A stretch of 25,592 nucleotides of DNA from a virus. Taxonomy: Duplodnaviria > Heunggongvirae > Uroviricota > Caudoviricetes. Positions 17,646 to 25,592 of this stretch are shown here, in pieces. Location: positions 1 to 25,592 of the IMG/VR virus record IMGVR_UViG_2547132281_000002. One strand, given 5' to 3'. Made by a program: the position numbers and the translations under genes. Under the pieces are notes generated by a model. The model saw only the letters and a list, made by a program, of their open reading frames with translations, made no database searches and was not told the DNA's origin. The first letter of the stretch is position 1; the number at the start of each line of letters is the position of its first letter.

Positions 17646-17942
17646 ATGAACGCTTATTACATTCAGGATCGTCTTGAGGCTCAGAGCTGGGCGCGTCACT
17701 ACCAGCAGCTCGCCCGTGAAGAGAAAGAGGCAGAACTGGCAGACGACATGGAAAAAAGCCTGCCCCAGCACCTGTTTGAATCGCTATGCATCGATCATTT
17801 GCAACGCCACGGGGCCAGCAAAAAAGCCATTACCCGTGCGTTTGATGACGATGTTGAGTTTCAGGAGCGCATGGCAGAACACATCCGGTACATGGTTGAA
17901 ACCATTGCTCACCACCAGGTTGATATTGATTCAGAGGTATAA
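17646..17942 (+). CDS. gam: Gam (RecBCD inhibitor), short 98-aa form
   Basis: [98 protein letters not shown] is near-identical to lambda Gam. Confidence 0.95.
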   Translation: MNAYYIQDRLEAQSWARHYQQLAREEKEAELADDMEKSLPQHLFESLCIDHLQRHGASKKAITRAFDDDVEFQERMAEHIRYMVETIAHHQVDIDSEV

Positions 17943-17947
17943 AACGG

Positions 17948-18733
17948 ATGAGTACAGCACTCGCAACGCTGGCTGGGAAGCTGGCTGAACGTGTCGGCAT
18001 GGATTCTGTCAACCCACAGGAACTGATCACCACTCTTCGCCAGACGGCATTTAAAGGTGATGCCAGCGATGCGCAGTTCATCGCATTGTTGATCGTCGCC
18101 AACCAGTACGGCCTTAATCCGTGGACGAAAGAAATTTACGCCTTCCCTGACAAGCAGAACGGCATCGTTCCGGTGGTGGGCGTTGATGGCTGGTCCCGTA
18201 TCATCAATGAAAACCAGCAGTTTGATGGCATGGACTTTGAGCAGGACAATGAATCATGTACATGCCGGATTTACCGCAAGGACCGTAATCATCCGATCTG
18301 CGTTACCGAGTGGATGGATGAATGCCGCCGCGAACCATTCAAAACCCGCGAAGGCAGAGAAATCACGGGGCCGTGGCAGTCGCATCCCAAACGGATGTTA
18401 CGGCATAAAGCCATGATTCAGTGTGCCCGTCTCGCCTTCGGATTTGCTGGTATCTATGACAAGGATGAAGCCGAGCGCATTGTCGAAAATACCGCATACA
18501 CTGCAGAACGTCAGCCGGAACGCGACATCACTCCGGTTAACGATGAAACCATGCAGGAGATTAACACTCTGCTGATCGCCCTGGATAAAACATGGGATGA
18601 CGACTTATTGCCGCTCTGTTCCCAGATATTTCGCCGCGACATTCGCGCATCGTCAGAACTGACACAGGCCGAAGCAGTGAAAGCTCTTGGATTCCTGAAA
18701 CAGAAAGCCACTGAGCAGAAGGTGGCAGCATGA
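17948..18733 (+). CDS. bet: Bet (Red-beta single-strand annealing protein), 261 aa
   Basis: [69 protein letters not shown]... is near-identical to lambda Bet. Confidence 0.95.
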   Translation: MSTALATLAGKLAERVGMDSVNPQELITTLRQTAFKGDASDAQFIALLIVANQYGLNPWTKEIYAFPDKQNGIVPVVGVDGWSRIINENQQFDGMDFEQDNESCTCRIYRKDRNHPICVTEWMDECRREPFKTREGREITGPWQSHPKRMLRHKAMIQCARLAFGFAGIYDKDEAERIVENTAYTAERQPERDITPVNDETMQEINTLLIALDKTWDDDLLPLCSQIFRRDIRASSELTQAEAVKALGFLKQKATEQKVAA

Positions 18734-19410
18734 CACCGGACATTATCCTGCAGCGTACCGGGATCGACGTGAGAGCTGTCGAACAGGGGGATGATGCATG
18801 GCACAAATTACGGCTCGGCGTCATCACCGCTTCAGAAGTTCACAACGTGATAGCAAAGCCCCGCTCAGGAAAGAAGTGGCCTGACATGAAAATGTCCTAC
18901 TTCCACACCCTGCTGGCTGAGGTTTGCACCGGTGTGGCTCCGGAAGTTAATGCTAAGGCGCTGGCCTGGGGAAAACAGTACGAGAACGACGCCAGAACCC
19001 TGTTTGAATTCACTTCCGGCGTGAATATTACTGAATCCCCGATCATCTATCGCGACGAAAATATGCGCACCGCCTGCTCTCCCGATGGTTTATGCAGTGA
19101 CGGCAACGGCCTTGAACTGAAATGCCCGTTTACCTCCCGGGATTTCATGAAATTCCGGCTCGGTGGTTTCGAGGCAATAAAATCGGCTTACATGGCCCAG
19201 GTGCAGTACAGCATGTGGGTGACGCGAAAAGATGCCTGGTACTTTGCCAACTATGACCCGCGCATGAAGCGTGAAGGCCTGCATTATGTCGTGATTGAGC
19301 GGAATGAAAAGTACATGGCGAGTTTTGACGAGATGGTGCCGGAGTTCATCGAAAAAATGGACGAGGCACTGGCTGAAATTGGTTTTGTATTTGGGGAGCA
19401 ATGGCGATGA
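18730..19410 (+). CDS. exo: Exo (Red-alpha 5'-3' exonuclease), 226 aa
   Basis: [65 protein letters not shown]... is near-identical to lambda Exo. Overlaps the bet stop (ATGA). Confidence 0.95.
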   Translation: MTPDIILQRTGIDVRAVEQGDDAWHKLRLGVITASEVHNVIAKPRSGKKWPDMKMSYFHTLLAEVCTGVAPEVNAKALAWGKQYENDARTLFEFTSGVNITESPIIYRDENMRTACSPDGLCSDGNGLELKCPFTSRDFMKFRLGGFEAIKSAYMAQVQYSMWVTRKDAWYFANYDPRMKREGLHYVVIERNEKYMASFDEMVPEFIEKMDEALAEIGFVFGEQWR

Positions 19411-19589
19411 CGCATCCTCACGATAATATCCGGGTAGGCGCGATCACTTTCGTCTACTCCGTTACAAAGCGAGGCTGGGTATTTCCCGGCCTTTCTGTTA
19501 TCCAAAATCCACTGAAAGCCCAGCGGCTGGCTGAGGAGATAAATAATAAACGAGGGGCTGTATGCACAAAGCATCTCCCGTTGAGTTAA
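19401..19589 (+). CDS. Lambda orf60a-like small protein (DUF1317-like), 62 aa
   Basis: [58 protein letters not shown].... Conserved position after exo, recalled from lambda. Confidence 0.6.
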   Translation: MAMTHPHDNIRVGAITFVYSVTKRGWVFPGLSVIQNPLKAQRLAEEINNKRGAVCTKHLPLS

Positions 19590-19753
19590 GAACGAGTATC
19601 GAGATGGCACATAGCCTCGCTCAAATTGGAGTCAGGTTTGTGCCAATACCAGTAGAAACAGACGAAGAATTTCACACGTTAGCCGCATCCCTTTCACAAA
19701 AGCTGGAAATGATGGTGGCGAAAGCAGAAGCAGATGAGAGAGACCAGGTATGA
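19562..19753 (+). CDS. Lambda orf63-like small protein (DUF1382-like), 63 aa
   Basis: [63 protein letters not shown]. Confidence 0.6.
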   Translation: MHKASPVELRTSIEMAHSLAQIGVRFVPIPVETDEEFHTLAASLSQKLEMMVAKAEADERDQV

Positions 19754-19833
19754 CAACCACTGAATGCATTTTTCTGGCAGCGGGCTTCATATTCTGTGTG
19801 CTTATGCTTGCCGACATGGGACTTGTTCAATGA
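19750..19833 (+). CDS. 27-aa hydrophobic micro-protein (putative single-pass membrane peptide)
   Basis: MTTTECIFLAAGFIFCVLMLADMGLVQ. ATGA overlap with the upstream gene and ATGA overlap with the downstream gene suggest translational coupling. Confidence 0.4.
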   Translation: MTTTECIFLAAGFIFCVLMLADMGLVQ

Positions 19834-20045
19834 CACCTCAGCAGGAAAACGCCCTTCGCAGCATTGCCCGTCAGGCTAATTCTGAAATCAAAAAAGCCAG
19901 ACAGCAGTTTCCGGATAAAAACGTCGATGACATTTGCCGTAGCGTACTGAAGAAGCACCGCGAAACGGTAACGCTGATGGGATTCACACCGACTCATTTA
20001 AGCCTGGCAATCGGCATGTTAAACGGCGTCTTTAAGGAACGATGA
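19830..20045 (+). CDS. Hypothetical early-left operon protein, 71 aa
   Basis: MTPQQENALRSIARQANSEIKKARQQFPDKNVDDICRSVLKKHRETVTLMGFTPTHLSLAIGMLNGVFKER. In-operon position; function unknown. Confidence 0.5.
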   Translation: MTPQQENALRSIARQANSEIKKARQQFPDKNVDDICRSVLKKHRETVTLMGFTPTHLSLAIGMLNGVFKER

Positions 20046-20065
20046 ACATGAAAAGCAAAATCATC

Positions 20066-20090
20066 AGGGAGCTACAGGCTCCTTTTTTAT
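20066..20090 (+). terminator. Rho-independent terminator inside the leftward operon
   Basis: Stem ggagc/gctcc with loop tacag followed by tttttt. Confidence 0.55.
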
Positions 20091-20143
20091 TATTCGCATT
20101 CACCCTCAAGCGTATTAACCAACAATTCAGGGATTAATGGAAG

Positions 20144-20365
20144 ATGGCAGACATCATTGATTCAGCATCAGAAATTGAAGAATTACAGCGCAACACAGCA
20201 ATAAAAATGCGCCGCCTGAACCACCAGACTATATCTGCCACTCATTGTTGTGAGTGTGGCGATCCGATAGATGAACGAAGACGCCTGGTCGTTCAGGGTT
20301 GTCGGACTTGTGCAAGTTGCCAGGAAGATCTGGAGCTTATCAGTAAACAGAGAGGTTCGAAGTGA
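20144..20365 (+). CDS. TraR/DksA-family C4 zinc-finger protein, 73 aa
   Basis: MADIIDSASEIEELQRNTAIKMRRLNHQTISATHCCECGDPIDERRRLVVQGCRTCASCQEDLELISKQRGSK has a coiled N-terminus and a CxxC-N17-CxxC finger. Confidence 0.75.
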   Translation: MADIIDSASEIEELQRNTAIKMRRLNHQTISATHCCECGDPIDERRRLVVQGCRTCASCQEDLELISKQRGSK

Positions 20366-20664
20366 GCGAAATTAACTCTCAGGCACTGCGTGAAGCGGCA
20401 GAGCAGGCAATGCATGACGACTGGGGATTTGACGCAGACCTTTTCCATGAATTGGTAACACCATCGATTGTGCTGGAACTGCTGGATGAGCGGGAAAGAA
20501 ACCAGCAATACATCAAACGCCGCGACCAGGAGAACGAGGAAATTGCGCTAACGGTAGGAAAGCTGCGCGTTGAGCTGGAAGCAGCAAAATCAAAACTCAA
20601 CGAGCAGCGTGAATATTACGAAGGTGTTATCTCGGATGGAAGTAAGCGTATTGCTGAACTGTAG
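20362..20664 (+). CDS. Ead/Ea22-like protein, 100 aa, GTG start overlapping the upstream stop
   Basis: (V/M)SEINSQALREAAEQAMHDDWGFDADLFHELVTPSIVLELLDERERNQQYIKRRDQENEEIALTVGKLRVELEAAKSKLNEQREYYEG..., recalled as similar to the Ea22-like proteins of lambdoid and Stx phages. Confidence 0.65.
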   Translation: MSEINSQALREAAEQAMHDDWGFDADLFHELVTPSIVLELLDERERNQQYIKRRDQENEEIALTVGKLRVELEAAKSKLNEQREYYEGVISDGSKRIAEL

Positions 20665-20914
20665 GCCTAGGTTGAGTGTACAAGATTTGCATACGTAAGA
20701 GCAAAAGACAAGGGAGAATTGATCAGAGTTATTACCTGCCAACCAACGGGATATTACGCTTACGTACCATGTAACTAGGAATCCTTGAAGTGGCAGCCTA
20801 ACTGTGGATACACTGAAATGGCGATTTGGTAACATGTTTCGCACAAGGCTGTTACTACGCTTAGAGATAATCAGTCATGATTAAATGCTTTGTAAAAAGT
20901 AAAAGGAAATTACA

Positions 20915-21529
20915 ATGAAAAAATCAACACTAATTTTAGGGCTTACGTTAATTGTCTCATCTCAAATACCATCGGCAATGGCAAAAAATGAATCAAAACT
21001 TTGGGTTGTTGTTGATCGAACGGAAAGACATACCTGCCCTTCAAGTAAATGTGGAGTGGCTGGGAAACTATTTTTCAGGGAAGGCGTAGATTTTCTAGAA
21101 AAAAAAGGTGAATGGGTTCGTATAACTGAGCCATATTCAGCCTCATGTGTGGGAGGGGAAAGCGAATATATTAAAGAAGGTAATAAATCCTGCACAAGAA
21201 AAAACGGAATCGTTAATGGCAAGTTTTCAGAATGGGTTAAACTTAGTGATCTTAGCAGTGAAAGGCCACCAGATCCTGCTGAAAATGCGAGCAGAAATGA
21301 TACCTTAATCAAAGGATCTGATGACTACCGTATATACAAAAAAGAGTTTTCTTCGGCAGCTAGGAAGTTAATAAGTGAAGGTGTCTGCACGGAGAGCGAT
21401 TTTAAGGAAGTTGGAGGGTGGATGGCATCAAGCAATAAGGGTGAAAACATCTATTTCACATATTGCGGAGGAATGACGTTGTCGAACAGAATATATCTAG
21501 ACGTTAAAAGTGGAAAGACTTTTAGATAA
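20915..21529 (+). CDS. Uncharacterised secreted/periplasmic Cys-rich protein, 204 aa (moron)
   Basis: Signal peptide MKKSTLILGLTLIVSSQIPSAMA with predicted cleavage before KNES. At least eight Cys in the mature part and no lipobox. AT-rich, with a good RBS (AAAAGGAAA). No family recognised. Confidence 0.6.
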   Translation: MKKSTLILGLTLIVSSQIPSAMAKNESKLWVVVDRTERHTCPSSKCGVAGKLFFREGVDFLEKKGEWVRITEPYSASCVGGESEYIKEGNKSCTRKNGIVNGKFSEWVKLSDLSSERPPDPAENASRNDTLIKGSDDYRIYKKEFSSAARKLISEGVCTESDFKEVGGWMASSNKGENIYFTYCGGMTLSNRIYLDVKSGKTFR

Positions 21530-21822
21530 TATGATATTACCAATGACAGCATTAATTTAATGCCTCCATAGAATTATCTCTAGGAAGTAAGTATAAGAAA
21601 AGTCCGCACAATGAGCTGCTGCGGGCTTTGTGTTATTCGCCATATTTTATGAAGCAAATACGACACTATAGATAATTAAGCGTTACTGGTTGTCGATTCC
21701 TCACTCATTCCTGCTGATGGCTGTCTTCTTGTATGTGTCATTGAAGGGTAATATCGCGTAAAAAGATACCGGAAGTATCCGCGCCGCCATGATTGTCTTT
21801 CTCCTGATGCAGGAAAAGCAGA

Positions 21823-22161
21823 ATGACTAAATCAGCAGCAGAGCGCAAAGCCGATCAGAGAGCCAAGCAAGCATCATCCGGTATGCGTAAGCTGGAGCTT
21901 GTACTTGATGCTCAGGAAATTGAAATGCTGGAGCGTAACTGAGCCACGCGCCGCTTCAGGCGTGCGCCTTACGAGTTTGGTGAGTACATAGCGTTACTGA
22001 GCCGCCAGGATGATGCACGTGTGCGCTGGCGTATAAAATCGATTAGCAGAAAACGTTGCCGTAAGTGCGGCGAGAGAGTTCCTGTTAATTCATGCCCGTG
22101 TAATGGTGACTCACAATACTGGGTGACCAAAGGCTGGCACGAAACAAAATTAATGATATAA
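21823..22161 (+). pseudogene. 112-codon zinc-ribbon ORF interrupted by one in-frame TGA at codon 40 (21940-21942)
   Basis: MTKSAAERKADQRAKQASSGMRKLELVLDAQEIEMLERN-[TGA]-ATRRFRRAPYEFGEYIALLSRQDDARVRWRIKSISRKRCRKCGERVPVNSCPCNGDSQYWVTKGWHETKLMI. Both halves are in the same frame. Confidence 0.4.
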
Positions 22162-22165
22162 ATCT

Positions 22166-22181
22166 CTGTGACATGTCACGG
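22166..22181. promoter_or_regulatory. Perfect 12-bp palindrome GTGACATGTCAC (within CTGTGACATGTCACGG) immediately upstream of the RBS of the 142-aa gene
   Basis: Palindrome at 22168-22179, GGAGG at 22180-22184, ATG at 22190. The CTG-N10-CGG arrangement is one mismatch from a LexA-box core CTG-N10-CAG. Confidence 0.3.
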
Positions 22182-22189
22182 AGGCGGCA

Positions 22190-22618
22190 ATGAAATTAGA
22201 CCAGCAATATCTAAAAGATCTACTTATCGCATTCGAAAAAACTTATGGCCCTGACACGATGCTTAGTGAACTAGAGGATAATGGCTTTAATAGATATGAC
22301 CAAAATTTTATTTTCCATATGCGATTATTATGTGACTACGAATTAATAGTTAGGGTTGATGGAAAACCTGGGTTCGGTCATATAATGTCCAACGAGTTAG
22401 GGGAAGGTGTTGAATATAGTTGGATCGAAGTACCACTGAGGTTGACAGCAAGAGGGCATGATTTTATTGCTGACTTACGTCAAAAGGAGGTCTGGCAAGC
22501 TATAAAAACAAACTTTAAGGATGAGGGGATTAGTACTCTTATGAGTGTTTCAAAATCACTAGCAAAAGGCTTTGCAAGAAAAAAAATAAAAGATATTACA
22601 GGAATAGATATTGAATAA
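22190..22618 (+). CDS. Uncharacterised 142-aa protein (AT-rich moron with its own RBS and terminator)
   Basis: MKLDQQYLKDLLIAFEKTYGPDTMLSELEDNGFNRYDQNFIFHMRLLCDYELIVRVDGKPGFGHIMSNELGEGVEYSWIEVPLRLTARGHDFIADLRQ.... Strong RBS and a downstream terminator. Family not recognised with confidence. Confidence 0.6.
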   Translation: MKLDQQYLKDLLIAFEKTYGPDTMLSELEDNGFNRYDQNFIFHMRLLCDYELIVRVDGKPGFGHIMSNELGEGVEYSWIEVPLRLTARGHDFIADLRQKEVWQAIKTNFKDEGISTLMSVSKSLAKGFARKKIKDITGIDIE

Positions 22619-22664
22619 TTCTTAGCATAAAGCAACTACTGCCTTTGGTGAAAATTATATCTGA

Positions 22665-22688
22665 ACTCGCTACGGCGAGTTTTTTTTA
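22665..22688 (+). terminator. Rho-independent terminator after the 142-aa gene
   Basis: Stem actcgc/gcgagt with loop tacg followed by tttttttt. Confidence 0.65.
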
Positions 22689-22868
22689 TGGAGATGATAA
22701 ATGCACTTCCGAGTCACAGGTGAATAGAATGGAGAACCATTCAACAGAGTTATCGAAGCCGAGAACATCAGCGACTGCTATGACCACTGGATGCTGTGGG
22801 CGCAGATAGCACATGCAGACGTAACCAATATTCGAATTGAAGAACTGAAAGAACACCAAGCCGCCTGA

Positions 22869-22890
22869 TGGCGGTTTTTTCTTGCGTGTA
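22869..22890 (+). terminator. Rho-independent terminator upstream of xis, in a lambda-derived segment
   Basis: Stem gccgcc/ggcgg with loop tgat followed by tttttt. The surrounding sequence matches the lambda region just upstream of xis from memory. Confidence 0.6.
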
Positions 22891-22907
22891 ATTGCGGAGA
22901 CTTTGCG

Positions 22908-23126
22908 ATGTACTTGACACTTCAGGAGTGGAACGCTCGCCAGCGACGCCCAAGAAGCCTTGAAACAGTTCGTCGATGGGTGCGCGAATGCAGGATATTC
23001 CCTCCTCCGGTTAAGGATGGAAGAGAATATCTGTTCCACGAATCAGCGGTAAAGGTTGACTTAAATCGACCAGTAACAGGTAGCCTTTTGAAGAGGATCA
23101 GAAATGGGAAGAAGGCGAAGTCATGA
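22908..23126 (+). CDS. xis: Excisionase Xis, 72 aa
   Basis: MYLTLQEWNARQRRPRSLETVRRWVRECRIFPPPVKDGREYLFHESAVKVDLNRPVTGSLLKRIRNGKKAKS matches lambda Xis. The 3' end overlaps the int start. Confidence 0.95.
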   Translation: MYLTLQEWNARQRRPRSLETVRRWVRECRIFPPPVKDGREYLFHESAVKVDLNRPVTGSLLKRIRNGKKAKS

Positions 23127-24174
23127 GCGCCGGGATTTACCCCCTAACCTTTATATAAGAAACAATGGATATTACTGCTACAGGGACCCAAGGACGGGTA
23201 AAGAGTTTGGATTAGGCCGAGACAGGCGAATCGCAATCACTGAAGCTATACAGGCCAACATTGAGTTATTTTCAGGACACAAACACAAGCCTCTGACAGC
23301 GAGAATCAACAGTGATAATTCCGTTACGTTACATTCATGGCTTGATCGCTACGAAAAAATCCTGGCCAGCAGAGGAATCAAGCAGAAGACACTCATAAAT
23401 TACATGAGCAAAATTAAAGCAATAAGGAGGGGTCTGCCTGATGCTCCACTTGAAGACATCACCACAAAAGAAATTGCGGCAATGCTCAATGGATACATAG
23501 ACGAGGGCAAGGCGGCGTCAGCCAAGTTAATCAGATCAACACTGAGCGATGCATTCCGAGAGGCAATAGCTGAAGGCCATATAACAACAAACCCTGTCGC
23601 TGCCACTCGCGCAGCAAAATCAGAGGTAAGGAGATCAAGACTTACGGCTGACGAATACCTGAAAATTTATCAAGCAGCAGAATCATCACCATGTTGGCTC
23701 AGACTTGCAATGGAACTGGCTGTTGTTACCGGGCAACGAGTTGGTGATTTATGCGAAATGAAGTGGTCTGATATCGTAGATGGATATCTTTATGTCGAGC
23801 AAAGCAAAACAGGCGTAAAAATTGCCATCCCAACAGCATTGCATGTTGATGCTCTCGGAATATCAATGAAGGAAACACTTGATAAATGCAAAGAGATTCT
23901 TGGCGGAGAAACCATAATTGCATCTACTCGTCGCGAACCGCTTTCATCCGGCACAGTATCAAGGTATTTTATGCGCGCACGAAAAGCATCAGGTCTTTCC
24001 TTCGAAGGGGATCCGCCTACCTTTCACGAGTTGCGCAGTTTGTCTGCAAGACTCTATGAGAAGCAGATAAGCGATAAGTTTGCTCAACATCTTCTCGGGC
24101 ATAAGTCGGACACCATGGCATCACAGTATCGTGATGACAGAGGCAGGGAGTGGGACAAAATTGAAATCAAATAA
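23104..24174 (+). CDS. int: Tyrosine integrase Int, 356 aa
   Basis: MGRRRSHERRDLPPNLYIRNNGYYCYRDPRTGKEFGLGRDRRIAITEAIQANIELFSGHK...HELRSLSARLYEKQISDKFAQHLLGHKSDTMASQYRDDRGREWDKIEIK matches lambda Int. Confidence 0.95.
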   Translation: MGRRRSHERRDLPPNLYIRNNGYYCYRDPRTGKEFGLGRDRRIAITEAIQANIELFSGHKHKPLTARINSDNSVTLHSWLDRYEKILASRGIKQKTLINYMSKIKAIRRGLPDAPLEDITTKEIAAMLNGYIDEGKAASAKLIRSTLSDAFREAIAEGHITTNPVAATRAAKSEVRRSRLTADEYLKIYQAAESSPCWLRLAMELAVVTGQRVGDLCEMKWSDIVDGYLYVEQSKTGVKIAIPTALHVDALGISMKETLDKCKEILGGETIIASTRREPLSSGTVSRYFMRARKASGLSFEGDPPTFHELRSLSARLYEKQISDKFAQHLLGHKSDTMASQYRDDRGREWDKIEIK

Positions 24175-24179
24175 TGATT

Positions 24180-24300
24180 TTATTTTGACTGATAGTGACC
24201 TGTTCGTTGCAACAAATTGATAAGCAATGCTTTTTTATAATGCCAACTTAGTATAAAAAAGCAGGCTTCAACGGATTCATTTTTCTATTTCATAGCCCGG
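24180..24300. mobile_element. attL: Prophage attachment junction attL (host B arm, 15-bp core at 24248-24262, phage P' arm)
   Basis: The core ttagtataaaaaagc is the reverse complement of the lambda core GCTTTTTTATACTAA. Int-side flank (...caaattgataagcaatgcttttttataatgccaactta...) matches the lambda P' arm as recalled. The other flank runs into host ybhC. Confidence 0.85.
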
Positions 24301-24308
24301 AGCAACCT

Positions 24309-25592
24309 GTGAACACATTTTCAGTTTCCCGTCTGGCGCTGGCATTGGCTTTTGGCGTGACGCTGACCGCCTGTAGCTCAACCCCGCCCGATCAACGTCC
24401 TTCTGATCAAACCGCGCCTGGTACCTCTTCTCGCCCGATTCTGTCGGCAAAAGAAGCGCAGAATTTCGATGCTCAACACTATTTTGCATCCCTGACACCA
24501 GGTGCAGCAGCGTGGAATCCTTCCCCGATTACCCTGCCTGCACAACCTGACTTTGTTGTCGGCCCGGCGGGCACTCAAGGTGTAACGCATACCACGATTC
24601 AGGCGGCGGTAGATGCGGCAATTATCAAGCGTACCAACAAGCGCCAGTATATTGCCGTGATGCCTGGTGAGTATCAGGGAACGGTATATGTCCCTGCCGC
24701 TCCGGGTGGAATTACTCTGTACGGTACAGGTGAAAAACCGATTGATGTGAAGATTGGGCTTTCCCTTGATGGTGGCATGAGCCCTGCCGACTGGCGTCAC
24801 GACGTCAACCCGCGCGGCAAATATATGCCAGGTAAACCAGCGTGGTATATGTACGATAGCTGCCAGAGCAAACGCAGCGACAGTATCGGTGTTCTCTGCT
24901 CTGCGGTCTTCTGGTCACAAAACAATGGCCTGCAACTGCAAAATCTGACCATCGAAAACACGCTGGGCGATAGCGTAGATGCAGGTAACCATCCGGCGGT
25001 GGCACTGCGTACTGATGGTGACCAGGTACAGATTAACAACGTTAACATTCTCGGTCGTCAGAACACCTTCTTTGTCACCAACAGCGGTGTGCAGAACCGT
25101 CTGGAAACGAATCGTCAGCCGCGTACGCTGGTGACCAACAGCTACATTGAAGGGGATGTGGATATCGTTTCTGGTCGCGGCGCAGTGGTGTTCGATAACA
25201 CCGAATTCCGCGTGGTGAACTCACGTACTCAGCAAGAAGCGTATGTGTTTGCACCGGCTACGCTGTCCAACATTTACTACGGTTTCCTCGCCGTAAACAG
25301 CCGTTTCAATGCTTTCGGTGATGGTGTGGCGCAACTGGGCCGCTCGCTGGATGTTGATGCCAATACCAACGGTCAGGTGGTGATCCGTGATAGCGCCATC
25401 AACGAAGGTTTTAACACGGCTAAACCGTGGGCCGATGCGGTGATCTCTAATCGTCCGTTTGCGGGTAATACCGGCAGCGTAGATGATAACGACGAAATAC
25501 AGCGCAATCTGAATGACACTAACTACAACCGCATGTGGGAATACAATAACCGCGGCGTGGGTAGTAAAGTGGTTGCAGAGGCGAAGAAGTAA
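24309..25592 (+). CDS. ybhC: Host outer-membrane lipoprotein YbhC (pectinesterase-like acyl-CoA thioesterase family), 427 aa, GTG start
   Basis: (V/M)NTFSVSRLALALAFGVTLTACSSTPPDQRP... with lipobox LTAC. Recalled as the chromosomal gene adjacent to attB-lambda between gal and bio. Confidence 0.9.
   Translation: MNTFSVSRLALALAFGVTLTACSSTPPDQRPSDQTAPGTSSRPILSAKEAQNFDAQHYFASLTPGAAAWNPSPITLPAQPDFVVGPAGTQGVTHTTIQAAVDAAIIKRTNKRQYIAVMPGEYQGTVYVPAAPGGITLYGTGEKPIDVKIGLSLDGGMSPADWRHDVNPRGKYMPGKPAWYMYDSCQSKRSDSIGVLCSAVFWSQNNGLQLQNLTIENTLGDSVDAGNHPAVALRTDGDQVQINNVNILGRQNTFFVTNSGVQNRLETNRQPRTLVTNSYIEGDVDIVSGRGAVVFDNTEFRVVNSRTQQEAYVFAPATLSNIYYGFLAVNSRFNAFGDGVAQLGRSLDVDANTNGQVVIRDSAINEGFNTAKPWADAVISNRPFAGNTGSVDDNDEIQRNLNDTNYNRMWEYNNRGVGSKVVAEAKK

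Noticed and set aside
22686-23039. 117-aa minus-strand ORF overlapping xis
   Set aside because: Antisense to lambda-identical xis and the upstream terminator region; no independent support.
24180-24300. tRNA gene as the integration target
   Set aside because: No tRNA-like sequence (T-loop GTTCGAATC type) is present. The junction is the protein-gene-flanked lambda attB type.
1-25592. CRISPR arrays and IS elements or transposases
   Set aside because: No regularly spaced direct repeats and no transposase-like ORF were seen. The only recombinases are the tyrosine integrase and the large serine recombinase.

Overview
This window is a defective, mosaic lambdoid prophage integrated at the lambda attachment site beside the host gene ybhC. 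All protein identities were assigned by reading the translations and recalling known sequences; no search was run. From right to left it carries a lambda-type attL core, int and xis, a Red recombination operon (exo, bet, gam) preceded by a Kil-like gene, a CI-type repressor facing a Cro-like/YdaT-like pair, lambda-type O/P/ren with origin iterons inside O, a DLP12-like block (emrE, large serine recombinase ybcK, ninB/ybcN, ninE, ybcO, rusA, ylcG, Q-type antiterminator), a porin gene antisense to the late operon, a lysis cassette (pinholin, SAR endolysin, Rz/Rz1, bor), ybcV/ybcW/ylcI, and a cos site next to a truncated Nu1 that is fused to a 3' fragment of stf followed by tfa. All head and tail genes are deleted. 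No N, rexAB, cII or cIII were found, and no tRNA, CRISPR or IS element was recognised. The most promising unexplained material is two cargo islands: one between ybcK and ninB (two unknown small proteins flanking a 460-bp ORF-free segment) and one between the ea22-like gene and xis (a secreted Cys-rich protein, a TGA-interrupted zinc-ribbon ORF, and a 142-aa protein with its own terminator). I could not identify a specific novel system with confidence.
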